In this document: in pieces, positions 8,208 to 17,608 of the stretch | Layout of the letters: each line of letters begins with the position of its first letter | Numbering within the stretch: position 1 is the stretch's first letter | From: an uncultured Planctomycetales bacterium | GTDB taxonomy: Bacteria; Planctomycetota; Phycisphaerae; UBA1845; PWPN01 | Direction: 5' to 3' | Assembly: GCA_964617025.1 (NCBI GenBank) | Contig: CAZTVU010000002.1 | Coordinates: 1-54,853 of the forward strand | DNA: 54,853 bases | Position numbers and translations under genes: made by a program | The notes under the pieces: model-generated | Databases searched by the model: none | Told to the model about the DNA's origin: nothing | What the model saw: only the letters and a program-made list of their open reading frames with translations

Positions 8208-8975
8208 ATGCGACGACCATTTGTGGCGGCGAACTGGAAGATGAACCTGACCCTGGCGGAGGCAAAGGCCCTCGTCGCCGGTCTGCGGGAGAGAGTACCG
8301 TCGGGCGCACCGATCGATCTGGCCGTGTGCCCCTCGTTTCACCTGCTGTTCCCGATCGGTAAGGAGATCGAGGGCTCGCCGTTCAAACTGGGGGCGCAGA
8401 ACGTGTACTTCCAGGAGAAGGGGGCGTTTACGGGCGAGATCGCTCCATTCATGCTCAAGGATGCGGGGTGTGCGTACGTGATTATCGGACATAGCGAGCG
8501 TCGGCATATCCTCGGCGAGACGGGCGACCTCCTCGCCAGGAAACTGCGGGCGGCCCAGAAGGCCGGCCTGCATGTCATCTACTGCGTGGGCGAGAAGCTG
8601 GACGAGCGGCAGGCGGGGCAGACGGAGGCCGTTCTTGACCGGCAGATTGCGGAGGTTTTCGGGCCGGATGTCGAACTGACGGGCGTCACGATCGCGTACG
8701 AGCCCGTGTGGGCCATCGGCACGGGTCAGACCGCGACCCCGGTCCAGGCCCAGGAGGCGCATGCATTCATTCGCAACAGGATGGCCTCCATGTATAATAC
8801 GGGGCTCGCCGCCTCCCTGCGGATTCAGTACGGCGGCAGCGTGACGGCCGCCAACGCGAAGGAGCTGATGTCGCAGCCGGACGTGGACGGGGCATTGGTC
8901 GGGGGGGCGAGCCTGAAGGCCGACGACTTCGCCCGGATCATCGAGGGCACGATCGAGGCCAAGGGGCTCCGCTGA
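8208..8975 (+). CDS. tpiA: Triosephosphate isomerase
   Basis: MRRPFVAANWKMN... is a typical TPI N-terminus, with IGHSERR and AYEPVWAIGTG motifs. GGAG lies 6 nt before the ATG at 8208. In-frame GTG 8193 and ATG 8196 are alternative starts. Confidence 0.93.
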   Translation: MRRPFVAANWKMNLTLAEAKALVAGLRERVPSGAPIDLAVCPSFHLLFPIGKEIEGSPFKLGAQNVYFQEKGAFTGEIAPFMLKDAGCAYVIIGHSERRHILGETGDLLARKLRAAQKAGLHVIYCVGEKLDERQAGQTEAVLDRQIAEVFGPDVELTGVTIAYEPVWAIGTGQTATPVQAQEAHAFIRNRMASMYNTGLAASLRIQYGGSVTAANAKELMSQPDVDGALVGGASLKADDFARIIEGTIEAKGLR

Positions 8976-9020
8976 TGCGTGGATAACGGGCGCATGGCCC
9001 GGTGAAACGAGGATTGACGG

Positions 9021-9332
9021 ATGGACATTCTCGGAATGAGTGTATGGCATTACGTGACGGCGACGCTGTTCGCATTGATCTGCCTCCTGCTGATCCTGGT
9101 GATCCTGATCCAGAAAGGCCGGGGCGGCGGGTTGAGCGGGGCGTTCGGCGGCGTGGGCGGTCACAGCGCCTTCGGAGCGAAGACGGGTGACGTCTTCACG
9201 TGGATTACGGTCGGGTTGGCGAGCGCGTTTCTGGTGATGGCGGTGATTCTGAACTTCGTTTTCGTGAAGCTGCCCGCCTCGACCGGAAAGACGGCCCCCG
9301 TGAACACCGTCACGACGCAGCCCGCGGCATGA
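9021..9332 (+). CDS. secG: Preprotein translocase subunit SecG
   Basis: 103 aa with two TM segments and the [22 protein letters not shown] motif. GAGGA lies 7 nt upstream. Shows the classic tpiA-secG adjacency. Confidence 0.88.
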   Translation: MDILGMSVWHYVTATLFALICLLLILVILIQKGRGGGLSGAFGGVGGHSAFGAKTGDVFTWITVGLASAFLVMAVILNFVFVKLPASTGKTAPVNTVTTQPAA

Positions 9333-10207
9333 TTCTCTCGATGACCGGATATGGCGATGCCGAGCTTGCGGAAGACGGGGTGAGCTACGCGCTCGAGGTC
9401 CGCAGCGTCAACAACCGATACCTCAAGGCCTCCATCAAGCTGCCGGAGCACCTGCAGTTCCTGGAGCCCGAGGTGGACAAGCTCGTGCGTCGCCGGCTCG
9501 TCCGCGGCACGCTGAACTACAGCCTCCGCGTCCGCGATACCAGTGCGCAGGCCGCCTACGAGATCAACACGGCCGCTCTCCAGGCCTACCTCACCCAATT
9601 GAGCGCGGTGCAGCACAGCGGCCCGGTCTCCGTGGATCTGGCGACGATTCTGGCGTTGCCCGGGGTTTGTCAGCCGCCGGAGATGGACGAGGCCCGGCGC
9701 GAGCACCAGTTGCGAATCGTCACGACGCTCACGAACGCGGCGCTCGACAAACTGATCGCGATGCGGGCGGACGAGGGGCGGGCGCTGCGGGCCGACCTGC
9801 TGAAGCACACGGCGATGATCCGGACGGAGCTGGCGGCCATCGCGGAGCGGTGTCCGCAGGTCGTGGCGGAGTACCACAAGCGCCTGGCCCAGCGGGTCGG
9901 GGAGCTGATGGCGCAGGCGAAGTTGCATCTGGAGCAGCAGGATCTGGCCAAGGAGGTGGCGCTGTTCGCCGAGCGCTGCGACGTGAGCGAGGAGATCGCG
10001 CGGCTGCGAAGCCATCTCGAGCAGTTCGACCGGTTGTGCGACAGCAAGCAGCACGCGGGGCGGAAGCTGGACTTCCTGGCCCAGGAGATGCTGCGGGAGG
10101 CGAACACCATCGGCAGCAAGTCGAACGACGGCGAGATCGCCCGGCATATTGTCGAGATCAAGGCGCTGATCGATCGGCTGAAGGAACAGGTGCAGAACGT
10201 CGAATGA
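9329..10207 (+). CDS. yicC: YicC/YloC family stress-induced protein (endoribonuclease-type)
   Basis: MILSMTGYG...SVNNRYL...TIGSKSND...[17 protein letters not shown]. The ATG at 9329 overlaps the secG TGA (ATGA). Confidence 0.88.
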   Translation: MILSMTGYGDAELAEDGVSYALEVRSVNNRYLKASIKLPEHLQFLEPEVDKLVRRRLVRGTLNYSLRVRDTSAQAAYEINTAALQAYLTQLSAVQHSGPVSVDLATILALPGVCQPPEMDEARREHQLRIVTTLTNAALDKLIAMRADEGRALRADLLKHTAMIRTELAAIAERCPQVVAEYHKRLAQRVGELMAQAKLHLEQQDLAKEVALFAERCDVSEEIARLRSHLEQFDRLCDSKQHAGRKLDFLAQEMLREANTIGSKSNDGEIARHIVEIKALIDRLKEQVQNVE

Positions 10208-10797
10208 AGGCGGGCGTACTGGTTTGCATCAGCGGACCGAGCGGCGTCGGCAAGAGCACGATCTGCCGACGGCTGGTAGACCGCCTGGGCGCGTTCCTCA
10301 GCGTTTCGGCAACGACGCGCCCGCGGCGCGAGCACGAGGTCGACGGCCGGGACTACTACTTCATCACCCGCGAGGAGTTCGAGCGGCGCGTGGCCGCGGG
10401 CGAGATGTTGGAATATGCCCGGGTGTACGGCGGGCAGTACTACGGCACGCCGGCGGCGCCCGTTCGCGAGGCCCTCGCGGCGGGGCGGGCGGTCATCCTC
10501 GAGATCGAGATCGAAGGCACGATCCAGGTCGTGCGGCAGTTCCCCGACGCGGTGACGATCTACGTGCTGGCGCCGACGCCCGGCGAGCAGCAGGTCCGCC
10601 TCGTCGGGCGGGCCGCCGACAGCGAAGCGGCCATTCAGGAACGGTTGTCCAAGGCGGACGGCGAGGTGCGGTACGCCAAGGACTGCGGGGTCTACAAGTA
10701 CTTTGTCGTGAATGCGGTGCTGGACGAGACGGTGGAACGGATCGCGTCGATCGTCGAGGCGCACGCGCGGGGCGACAAGGAGAGTATCGGCGTATGA
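10204..10797 (+). CDS. gmk: Guanylate kinase
   Basis: P-loop ISGPSGVGKST, plus SATTRPRREHEVDGRDYYF and EYARVYGGQYYGTP. The ATG at 10204 overlaps the yicC TGA (ATGA). Confidence 0.93.
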   Translation: MKAGVLVCISGPSGVGKSTICRRLVDRLGAFLSVSATTRPRREHEVDGRDYYFITREEFERRVAAGEMLEYARVYGGQYYGTPAAPVREALAAGRAVILEIEIEGTIQVVRQFPDAVTIYVLAPTPGEQQVRLVGRAADSEAAIQERLSKADGEVRYAKDCGVYKYFVVNAVLDETVERIASIVEAHARGDKESIGV

Positions 10798-11021
10798 TCG
10801 AAGCGTTGAAGAGCGACGAAATCATCAACAAGGTGGGGGGGCGGTTCAAGCTGACGGCGCTGATGCAGAAGCGCTATTTGGAGCTGATGCAGGGCGCGCG
10901 GCCGATGGTCGAGCCCGAGGGGAAGACTACGCTGGAGATCATTGCTCAGGAGATCCTCGAGGACAAGATCGGGATCGACTACGAGCACAGCGATATCGAC
11001 CCGAATATCGGAAAGCCCTAG
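10794..11021 (+). CDS. rpoZ: DNA-directed RNA polymerase subunit omega
   Basis: 75-aa protein (NKVGGRFKLTALMQKRYLELMQG). Shows the conserved gmk-rpoZ order. The ATG at 10794 overlaps the gmk TGA. Confidence 0.85.
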   Translation: MIEALKSDEIINKVGGRFKLTALMQKRYLELMQGARPMVEPEGKTTLEIIAQEILEDKIGIDYEHSDIDPNIGKP

Positions 11022-11034
11022 AGGCGGCCGCGCC

Positions 11035-11655
11035 ATGAGCGACACGAAGGCACCGGAGCCGGGCGTGGGGGAGGGCCGCGAGAGCCTTGCGGGCTACGAG
11101 GTGGTCGTGGCCGTCTGCGGCGGCATCGCGGCGTACAAGGTGTGTCACGTGGTGTCGATGCTCGTGCAGCGCGGCGCCGGCGTGACCGTGGCGATGACGG
11201 AGGCGGCCACGCGGTTCGTCGGCGTCCAGACGTTCCAGGCCCTCACCGCGCGGCAGGTCTTCACCAGCCTTTGGACGGCCGAGGCGTATCACGACCCCCA
11301 GCACATTCGATTGACCGAGTCCGCGGACCTGTTTCTCATCGCGCCGGCGACGGCGAACATCATCGGGAAGATCGCCGCGGGCATCGCGGACGACCTCGTC
11401 AGCACGCTGGTCCTGAGCGCGGACTGCCCGGTGATCGTCGCGCCGGCCATGAACACGCGAATGTGGCAGAACCCGGTCGTGCGGGAGAACGTGGCCCGCC
11501 TGAAGACCTACGGCTACCGGTTCATCGAGCCGGCCGCGGGGTGGCTGGCGTGTCGCGCCGTGGGGCCCGGCCGCCTGGCGGAGCCCGACGCCATTTTCGC
11601 GGAGGTTGTGGACCGTCTCCGCGCGAGGCCGCCGAAGGCAAAAGGCTCCCGGTAG
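11035..11655 (+). CDS. coaC: Phosphopantothenoylcysteine decarboxylase (flavoprotein half of CoaBC)
   Basis: VVVAVCGGIAAYKVCHVVSML...IAPATANIIGKIAAGIADDL...VAPAMNTRMWQNP...GWLACRAVGPGRLAEP. It ends at a TAG at 11653-11655. Confidence 0.9.
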   Translation: MSDTKAPEPGVGEGRESLAGYEVVVAVCGGIAAYKVCHVVSMLVQRGAGVTVAMTEAATRFVGVQTFQALTARQVFTSLWTAEAYHDPQHIRLTESADLFLIAPATANIIGKIAAGIADDLVSTLVLSADCPVIVAPAMNTRMWQNPVVRENVARLKTYGYRFIEPAAGWLACRAVGPGRLAEPDAIFAEVVDRLRARPPKAKGSR

Positions 11656-11671
11656 CGAAGAGGCCGCCGCC

Positions 11672-12316
11672 GTGCGCATTCTCATCACCGCCGGGCCGAC
11701 TCGCGAGTACTTTGATACCGTCCGGTTCGTCTCGAATCCTTCGAGCGGCAAGATGGGGTATGCGCTGGCGGAGGCGGCGGTGGCGCGAGGGCATGAGGTG
11801 ATCCTCATCTCCGGGCCGGTTTCCATTGGGCCGCCGCGCGGTGTTCGCTGCATACCGGTTGTGACGGCGTCGGAGATGGCGGCCGCCGCGCGTCGGGCCT
11901 TCGACGGGGCGGACGCCGCCATCATGACGGCCGCCGTATGCGACTATCGACCGCGCCGCCGCCTGACGCACAAGCACAAAAAGGGGGCGCGTCCCCTGCG
12001 GATCACGCTTGTGCCCACGGAGGATATCGCGGCTTCGCTCGGCCGGCGCAAGGGACGCCGCGTGATGATCGCCTTTGCCATGGAGGACCATGATCATCGG
12101 CCGCACGCCGAGGCCAAGCTGGTACGCAAACGCTGCGATGCCATCGTCCTCAACGGTCCCGAGAACATCGGTGCGGACCGTGCCACCGTCGAGGTGCTCG
12201 TGGCGGGCGAGGGCTGGAGCGGCCCGTGGCGGGGCACGAAGACTCAGGTGGCCCGGCGGATTCTGCGTCTCCTGGAACGTCTTGTGTGCCGGAAGGCTCC
12301 CGTAGCGAGCCGGTAG
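11672..12316 (+). CDS. coaB: Phosphopantothenate-cysteine ligase (DFP/CoaB half of CoaBC)
   Basis: The GTG at 11672 gives VRILITAGPTREYFDTVRFVSNPSSGKMGYALAEAA. AAGAGG lies about 9 nt upstream. It is in a different frame from coaC (see finding). Confidence 0.85.
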   Translation: MRILITAGPTREYFDTVRFVSNPSSGKMGYALAEAAVARGHEVILISGPVSIGPPRGVRCIPVVTASEMAAAARRAFDGADAAIMTAAVCDYRPRRRLTHKHKKGARPLRITLVPTEDIAASLGRRKGRRVMIAFAMEDHDHRPHAEAKLVRKRCDAIVLNGPENIGADRATVEVLVAGEGWSGPWRGTKTQVARRILRLLERLVCRKAPVASR

Positions 12317-12373
12317 GCGTTTTCGGCCCGAACCCTGTGATTTCGCTTTGCGACCCCGTCGGAGTGCCGACCC

Positions 12374-13066
12374 ATGACCACAGACCCATGGTCGGACGCG
12401 GCGAGCAGCGCGGATGATCGTCGCCGGATGGTTCTCGAGCAGCTCCGCGCCCGGGGGCTGAAGGACGAGCGGGTCCTGGCCGTCATGGAGCAGATCCCCC
12501 GTGAGCGCTTCGTCGGCCCGGAGGCGGCCGCCGCGGCCTATGAGGATCGCGCCCTGTCCATTGCAGGGGGTCAGACGATTTCGCAGCCCTACATGGTCGC
12601 GGCCATGACCGAATACCTGCGGGTCGCGCCGACGCACCGCGTCCTGGAGGTCGGCACGGGCTCCGGCTACCAGACGGCCGTCCTGGCCCGACTTGCATCG
12701 AAGGTCTACACGATCGAGCGGCTCGCGGACCTGTCGCGTTCGGCCCGCGCGAGGCTCGAGGCCTTGGCGATCACGAATGTTGAGTATCGCGTGGGGGATG
12801 GCACGCTCGGCTGGCCGGAGGCCGCGCCGTTCGACCGAATCATCGTGACCGCCGGCGCGCCTCGCATTCCCGCCCCGCTCGTGGATCAGCTCGTGGATCG
12901 GGGACGGCTCGTCGTGCCGGTCGGCGCATCGGACCTCCAGAGTCTGATCGTGGTCGAGCGGGTCGGCGGGCGAACGATCGAGCGTGCGGTCATGGGTTGC
13001 CGCTTCGTGCCGCTGATCGGCGAACAGGGATGGGCGGCCGGGAGCGTGCCCGACGCAGAGGCGTGA
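12374..13066 (+). CDS. pcm: Protein-L-isoaspartate O-methyltransferase
   Basis: GQTISQPYMVAAMTE and the SAM motif VLEVGTGSGYQTAVLA, plus RIIVTAGAP. The exact start is uncertain. Confidence 0.9.
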   Translation: MTTDPWSDAASSADDRRRMVLEQLRARGLKDERVLAVMEQIPRERFVGPEAAAAAYEDRALSIAGGQTISQPYMVAAMTEYLRVAPTHRVLEVGTGSGYQTAVLARLASKVYTIERLADLSRSARARLEALAITNVEYRVGDGTLGWPEAAPFDRIIVTAGAPRIPAPLVDQLVDRGRLVVPVGASDLQSLIVVERVGGRTIERAVMGCRFVPLIGEQGWAAGSVPDAEA

Positions 13067-13069
13067 GCG

Positions 13070-13085
13070 CGCGAGGGCCCTCGCG
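13070..13085. terminator. Perfect 16-bp GC palindrome between convergent pcm and czcA (possible bidirectional hairpin, no U-tract)
   Basis: CGCGAGGGCCCTCGCG equals its own reverse complement. It sits in the 29-nt convergent gap. Confidence 0.3.
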
Positions 13086-13095
13086 GGCCACGGCC

Positions 13096-16000
13096 TCACG
13101 CCGCCGGCGACGGGAGGGGCTGCGATTCTTCGCCCGGGCGATTCGGCGCGAACCAGCCGTAGATCACGGGCAGCACGATCAGCGTCAGTAGCGTGCTGCT
13201 GATGATGCCGCCGATGACGACCGTCGCGAGCGGGCGCTGCACTTCCGCGCCGGTTCGCGTCGCCAGGGCCATCGGGACGAATCCGAACGCGGCCACGAGC
13301 GCCGTCATCAGGACCGGCCGCAAGCGGGTGAGGCTTCCCTCAAGGATCGCCTCGCGGAGCGGCCGGCCCTGGCGCCGCAGGCCGTCGATGAACGTGACCA
13401 TTACCAGGCCGTTCAACACGGCGACGCCGGAGAGGGCGATGAAGCCCACACCGGCGGCGATCGAGAACGGCATTCCCCGGAGCCAGAGCGACAGGACGCC
13501 GCCCGTCAGCGCCAGCGGCACGCCCGTGAACACCAGCAGGGCCAGCTGAACCGATCGGAGCGAGGCGATCAGCAGGAGAAGGATCAACCCCAGCGCCAGC
13601 GGCACGGCCACGGCGAGGCGTCGGCGTGCGGCGATCAGATGCTCGAACTGCCCGCCCCAACCGAGCCAGTAGCCTTCCGGCAGGCGGCCGAGCCGCCGCT
13701 CGACCCGCGCCTGTGCGTCGGCGACGAAACCGCCGAGGTCGCGTCCCCGCACGTTGCACTGCACGACGACGCGCCGCTTGCCGTCCTCGCGCCGGATCTG
13801 CCGGGCGTCCTCAACGACCTCCACCTTCGCCACGGCCGTCAACGGGACATAGCCGACGCGCGCGGGGCCCGGCTCGCCCGTGTAGTGGCGAGCTTCCTCC
13901 CGTCCCTCGCCGAGGCGAGGCAACGGGACCGGCAGGTTCCGAATCGCGTCCAGGTTTGCCCGCAAGGTCTCCGGCATGCGGACGACGAGCTCGAAGCGAC
14001 GGTCCCCCTCCAGCACGTGCCCGGCCGAGGCCCCGGCGAGGGCGATTTCGACCACATCCTGCACGTCGCGGACGTTCAGGCCGTAGCGGGCCGCTGCGGA
14101 CCGGTCGACGTCGATCGTCAGCATCGGCATGCCGGCCACCTGTTCCGTGCGAATGTCCGCCGCGCCGGGAATATCGGCCAGCGTCGCCGCAACGTCGCCG
14201 GCGTAGCGAAGCATGGTCTCCAGATCGTCGCCGTAGATCTTCACCGCCACATCGCTTCGCACGCCCGAGACCAGCTCATTCATGCGCAGCTCGATCGGCT
14301 GGCTGAACTCGTAGTTCTGCCCCGGCAACTGCCGGACCGCTTGCTCCATGGCGGCCACGAGCTCCTGCTGCGTCCGCGCCCGCCGCCACTGCTCGCGCGG
14401 TTTGAGGGTGATGTAGGTGTCGGACACCTCGGGACCGCAGACGTCGGTGACGACCTCCGACGTGCCGGTCCGGGCAAAGATGCATTCAATCTCGTCGGGA
14501 AACTCGCGGAGCAGCAGTTGCTCCACCTTCATTTGCATGTCTGCGCTGGCGCTCAGCGAAATGCTGGGCATGCGTGCGGGCTGCAGGGCGATCGCCTCTT
14601 CGTCGAGCCGGGGGATGAACTCGCTGCCCAGGCGCGTCGCCAGCAGGCCGGCGACGGCGAGAACAGCCGCGGCGCCGACGACGACCGCCGCCCGAAAACG
14701 CAGGACGGCATGCAGGATCCTCGCGTAGGCCGTCTTGGCCCATCGGATCAGGAAGACCTCACGCTCGGCGATTCGACGGGTCATCAGGAGGGCGATCAGG
14801 GCCGGCATGACCGTGAACGTCAGGACCATGGATCCGGCCAGCGCCAGCAGCAGGACCTGCGCCATCGGCCGGAACATCTTTCCCTCCACGCCGCCGAGCG
14901 CCAGGACCGGCAGGAATACGATGGCCGTGATCATCTCGCCGAAGAGCGCCGGCCGGCGCACCTCGGCGGCCGCGTCGCGAATCAGATCGAACCTTTCCGT
15001 GCGTGTCAGGATTCGCCCCAGCTCGCGCTGCCGACGCGCGAGGCGCCGGACGACGTTCTCGACCATCACCACGGTGCCGTCGACGATCAGGCCGAAATCG
15101 ATCGCGCCGAGGCTCATGAGGTTTCCGCTGATGCGGTTCTCGACCATCCCGACGATGGCGAACAGCATCGAAAGCGGAATGGCCATTGCGACGATGATTG
15201 CCGCGCGGACGTTGCCGAGCAGCAGAAAGAGTACCCCGATGACCAGCAGCGCGCCCTCCAGCAGGTTGTTTCGCACCGTGTTCAGGACGGCGTCGACCAG
15301 GCGCGTCCGGTCGTAGAGGGTGGTAATGCGCACGTTCTCGGGCAGGCTCTTGCGGGCCTGCTCGATCCGGGCATCGACGCGTTGAGATACGGTCCGGCTG
15401 TTCTCGCCGTAGAGAAGGATGGCCGTGCCGACGACGGCTTCGCGGCCGTTGGCCGTGCCGACCCCCGTGCGAAGCTCGTGGCCCACGGCGACGTCGGCGA
15501 CGTCGCCGAGGTGGAACGGCACGCCGTCGTGCGTCCCAAGCCGGATGTTTCGGATATCTTCGAGGTCCCGTATGCGGCCGGTCGAGCGGATGGTGTACTG
15601 CTCGCCGCGGTGCTCGATGTAGCCGCCGCCGACGTCGGCGTTGTTCGCGGCCACGGCCTCGAGCACGTCGCGAAAGCCGATGCCGTACGCGACGAGCTTC
15701 ATGGGGTCGGGCTTGACGTGATACTGCTTCACGTGACCGCCGATCGTGTTGATCTCCGTGACGCCCGGCACGCCGCGAAGCTGCGGCTTGATGACCCACT
15801 CCTGGAGGGTTCGCAGATCCATCGGGGAGTACGGCGTGCCGTCGGGCTTGGGGCCGACGGCGTCGACGCTCCAGAAGTAGATCTCGCCGAGACCCGTCCA
15901 GATCGGCCCCAGAAGCGGCGTGGCGGCGCCGGCGGGGAGACCCTCGCGGGCCTCGGCCAGCCGTTCCGCGACCAGTTGCCGCGCCCGGTAGATGTCCGTG

Positions 16001-16299
16001 CCGTCCTGGAAGATCACGGTGACCTGCGAGACGCCGTAGAAGGAGATCGAGCGGACCTGTTCGACCCCGGGGATCCCCTGCATGGCCCATTCGATCGGAA
16101 AGGTGATTTGCTTTTCGATTTCGACCGGCGAGAGCCCCGTAACCGCGGTGTTGATCTGCACCTGCTCGTTCGTGATGTCGGGGACCGCGTCGATGGGCAG
16201 TCGGGTGAAATCCCAGATACCGCGTACGACCAGCCCGACTGCCAGCGCCAGCACAAGCCACCGCTGCCGGATCGAAAACGCGAGGATGTGATTGAGCAT
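13096..16299 (-). CDS. CusA/CzcA-family heavy-metal efflux RND transporter
   Basis: 1067 aa with 12-TM RND architecture. N-terminus MLNHILAFSIRQRWLVLALAV...DAVPDITNEQVQINT, and the overall pattern is typical of the HME-RND family. Confidence 0.92.
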   Translation of the reverse strand: MLNHILAFSIRQRWLVLALAVGLVVRGIWDFTRLPIDAVPDITNEQVQINTAVTGLSPVEIEKQITFPIEWAMQGIPGVEQVRSISFYGVSQVTVIFQDGTDIYRARQLVAERLAEAREGLPAGAATPLLGPIWTGLGEIYFWSVDAVGPKPDGTPYSPMDLRTLQEWVIKPQLRGVPGVTEINTIGGHVKQYHVKPDPMKLVAYGIGFRDVLEAVAANNADVGGGYIEHRGEQYTIRSTGRIRDLEDIRNIRLGTHDGVPFHLGDVADVAVGHELRTGVGTANGREAVVGTAILLYGENSRTVSQRVDARIEQARKSLPENVRITTLYDRTRLVDAVLNTVRNNLLEGALLVIGVLFLLLGNVRAAIIVAMAIPLSMLFAIVGMVENRISGNLMSLGAIDFGLIVDGTVVMVENVVRRLARRQRELGRILTRTERFDLIRDAAAEVRRPALFGEMITAIVFLPVLALGGVEGKMFRPMAQVLLLALAGSMVLTFTVMPALIALLMTRRIAEREVFLIRWAKTAYARILHAVLRFRAAVVVGAAAVLAVAGLLATRLGSEFIPRLDEEAIALQPARMPSISLSASADMQMKVEQLLLREFPDEIECIFARTGTSEVVTDVCGPEVSDTYITLKPREQWRRARTQQELVAAMEQAVRQLPGQNYEFSQPIELRMNELVSGVRSDVAVKIYGDDLETMLRYAGDVAATLADIPGAADIRTEQVAGMPMLTIDVDRSAAARYGLNVRDVQDVVEIALAGASAGHVLEGDRRFELVVRMPETLRANLDAIRNLPVPLPRLGEGREEARHYTGEPGPARVGYVPLTAVAKVEVVEDARQIRREDGKRRVVVQCNVRGRDLGGFVADAQARVERRLGRLPEGYWLGWGGQFEHLIAARRRLAVAVPLALGLILLLLIASLRSVQLALLVFTGVPLALTGGVLSLWLRGMPFSIAAGVGFIALSGVAVLNGLVMVTFIDGLRRQGRPLREAILEGSLTRLRPVLMTALVAAFGFVPMALATRTGAEVQRPLATVVIGGIISSTLLTLIVLPVIYGWFAPNRPGEESQPLPSPAA

Positions 16300-16315
16300 G
16301 GCGCGAAGCTCCGAA

Positions 16316-17536
16316 TCAGTGCTCGTGGGCGGCCTCGCCCTTGCTCATTTCGGCCTTCACGATGAACGCGTTCCGTGCCACATAGCGGCGGCCCGGCTCC
16401 AGACCCGCAACGATCTCGGTGTGCGTCGCATCGGACCGCCCGGTGGTGACGGGCAGGGGTTCGAAGCCGTCATCGGCAGCCGCGAATACGACGGGCGTGC
16501 GATCGATGAGTTGGACGGCGTCGTTCGGCACCAGCACCCGCACCGTCGCGCGGGCAATCGTGATCGACGCATCGGCAAACATGCCGGGCTTCCATCGCCG
16601 GTCGCCGTTGGGGAGGACGGCGCGGGCGGTGGCCGTGCGCGTGGCCTCGGAGACCGACGGACTGACGTAGGAGATCTCCGTTTCCGCATCGAGACCGACG
16701 GCGGTCACGCGGACCTTCTGGCCCACGGCGACGCGGGACATGTCCTGGGGATAGACGGTGATCAACACCCAGACGGTGGACAGGTCCGCCAGCACAAAGC
16801 ATTGCCGCTGATCGGTGACGTACTCGCCCAGCGCACACCGCTTCTCGACGATTGTCCCCGCGAAGGGGGCCCGCAATTCGCATAGGGCGAGGTTCGGCTC
16901 GTCCCGGGAGAGCCGGGCGCACTGATCGTGCGGCAACCCAAGCCCGTGCAGGCGGTATTCGGCCGTGTCCAGCTCCAGTTGGGCCTCGGCGAGGGCCTTT
17001 CGCACGGAGAGGAACTCCAGATCGGGCATGATCTGCTTTGCATGGAGTTCCTCGGCGCTCTTGACCCTTGCCCGGGCGAGGGACAGCCGCTGCTGTGCCG
17101 CCAGAAAAACTCCCTTGGCCTCCGCCAGCTCGCGGCTTTCGAGGACCATCAACACGTCGTTTGCCTGAACGTCGTCGCCCAGACACTTGTCCACTCGGCG
17201 GACGAGGCCGGAGACGCGCGGCACGATGTGGGCCACCTTGTCGAGGTCAAGACCGATCTCGGCGGGCAGCCGAAGGGTCTCCTCGATCACGCCCCCGGCC
17301 GCAATCGCCGTTTCAATGCCGGATTCGCGAACGGCTCGTGTGGCCAGGACGACCCGGGCCGGGTGACCGTGATCATGGTCGTGCGCGTCGTCCTCGCAGC
17401 CCTCGCGCTCGTGCCCGGCGTGGCCGTTTCCGTAGGAGGCGGCCGTTCGGCTGCCGTAGGTGGATACCCAGTACACGCCCGCCGCGCCGCAGGCGGCACC
17501 CACGGCGAAGCCTGCCATCACCGCATAGAATCTCAT
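16316..17536 (-). CDS. Efflux RND periplasmic adaptor (CzcB/CusB-like) with a His/Asp-rich N-terminal metal-binding tract
   Basis: 406 aa with an N-terminal TM and the tract GHAGHEREGCEDDAHDHDHGHP. It has membrane-fusion-protein coiled-coil and beta-barrel segments and lies 17 nt upstream of the RND pump. Confidence 0.88.
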   Translation of the reverse strand: MRFYAVMAGFAVGAACGAAGVYWVSTYGSRTAASYGNGHAGHEREGCEDDAHDHDHGHPARVVLATRAVRESGIETAIAAGGVIEETLRLPAEIGLDLDKVAHIVPRVSGLVRRVDKCLGDDVQANDVLMVLESRELAEAKGVFLAAQQRLSLARARVKSAEELHAKQIMPDLEFLSVRKALAEAQLELDTAEYRLHGLGLPHDQCARLSRDEPNLALCELRAPFAGTIVEKRCALGEYVTDQRQCFVLADLSTVWVLITVYPQDMSRVAVGQKVRVTAVGLDAETEISYVSPSVSEATRTATARAVLPNGDRRWKPGMFADASITIARATVRVLVPNDAVQLIDRTPVVFAAADDGFEPLPVTTGRSDATHTEIVAGLEPGRRYVARNAFIVKAEMSKGEAAHEH

Positions 17537-17608
17537 TTGGCACCTATGCCCATACTCGCAAAGAAGCCGCTGAACAGAGTCGAAGGTGGACCGTCGGACG
17601 GTTGCGAC

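Noticed and set aside
8058-10147. Minus-strand ORFs 8058..9164 and 9161..10147
   Set aside because: They are antisense to tpiA, secG and yicC. The first also reads straight through the repeat-rich spacer, giving nonsense low-complexity peptide.
13639-16365. 908-aa plus-strand ORF
   Set aside because: It is antisense to the CzcA RND pump. It is R/D/G/H-rich with no domain signatures, so it is a shadow ORF.
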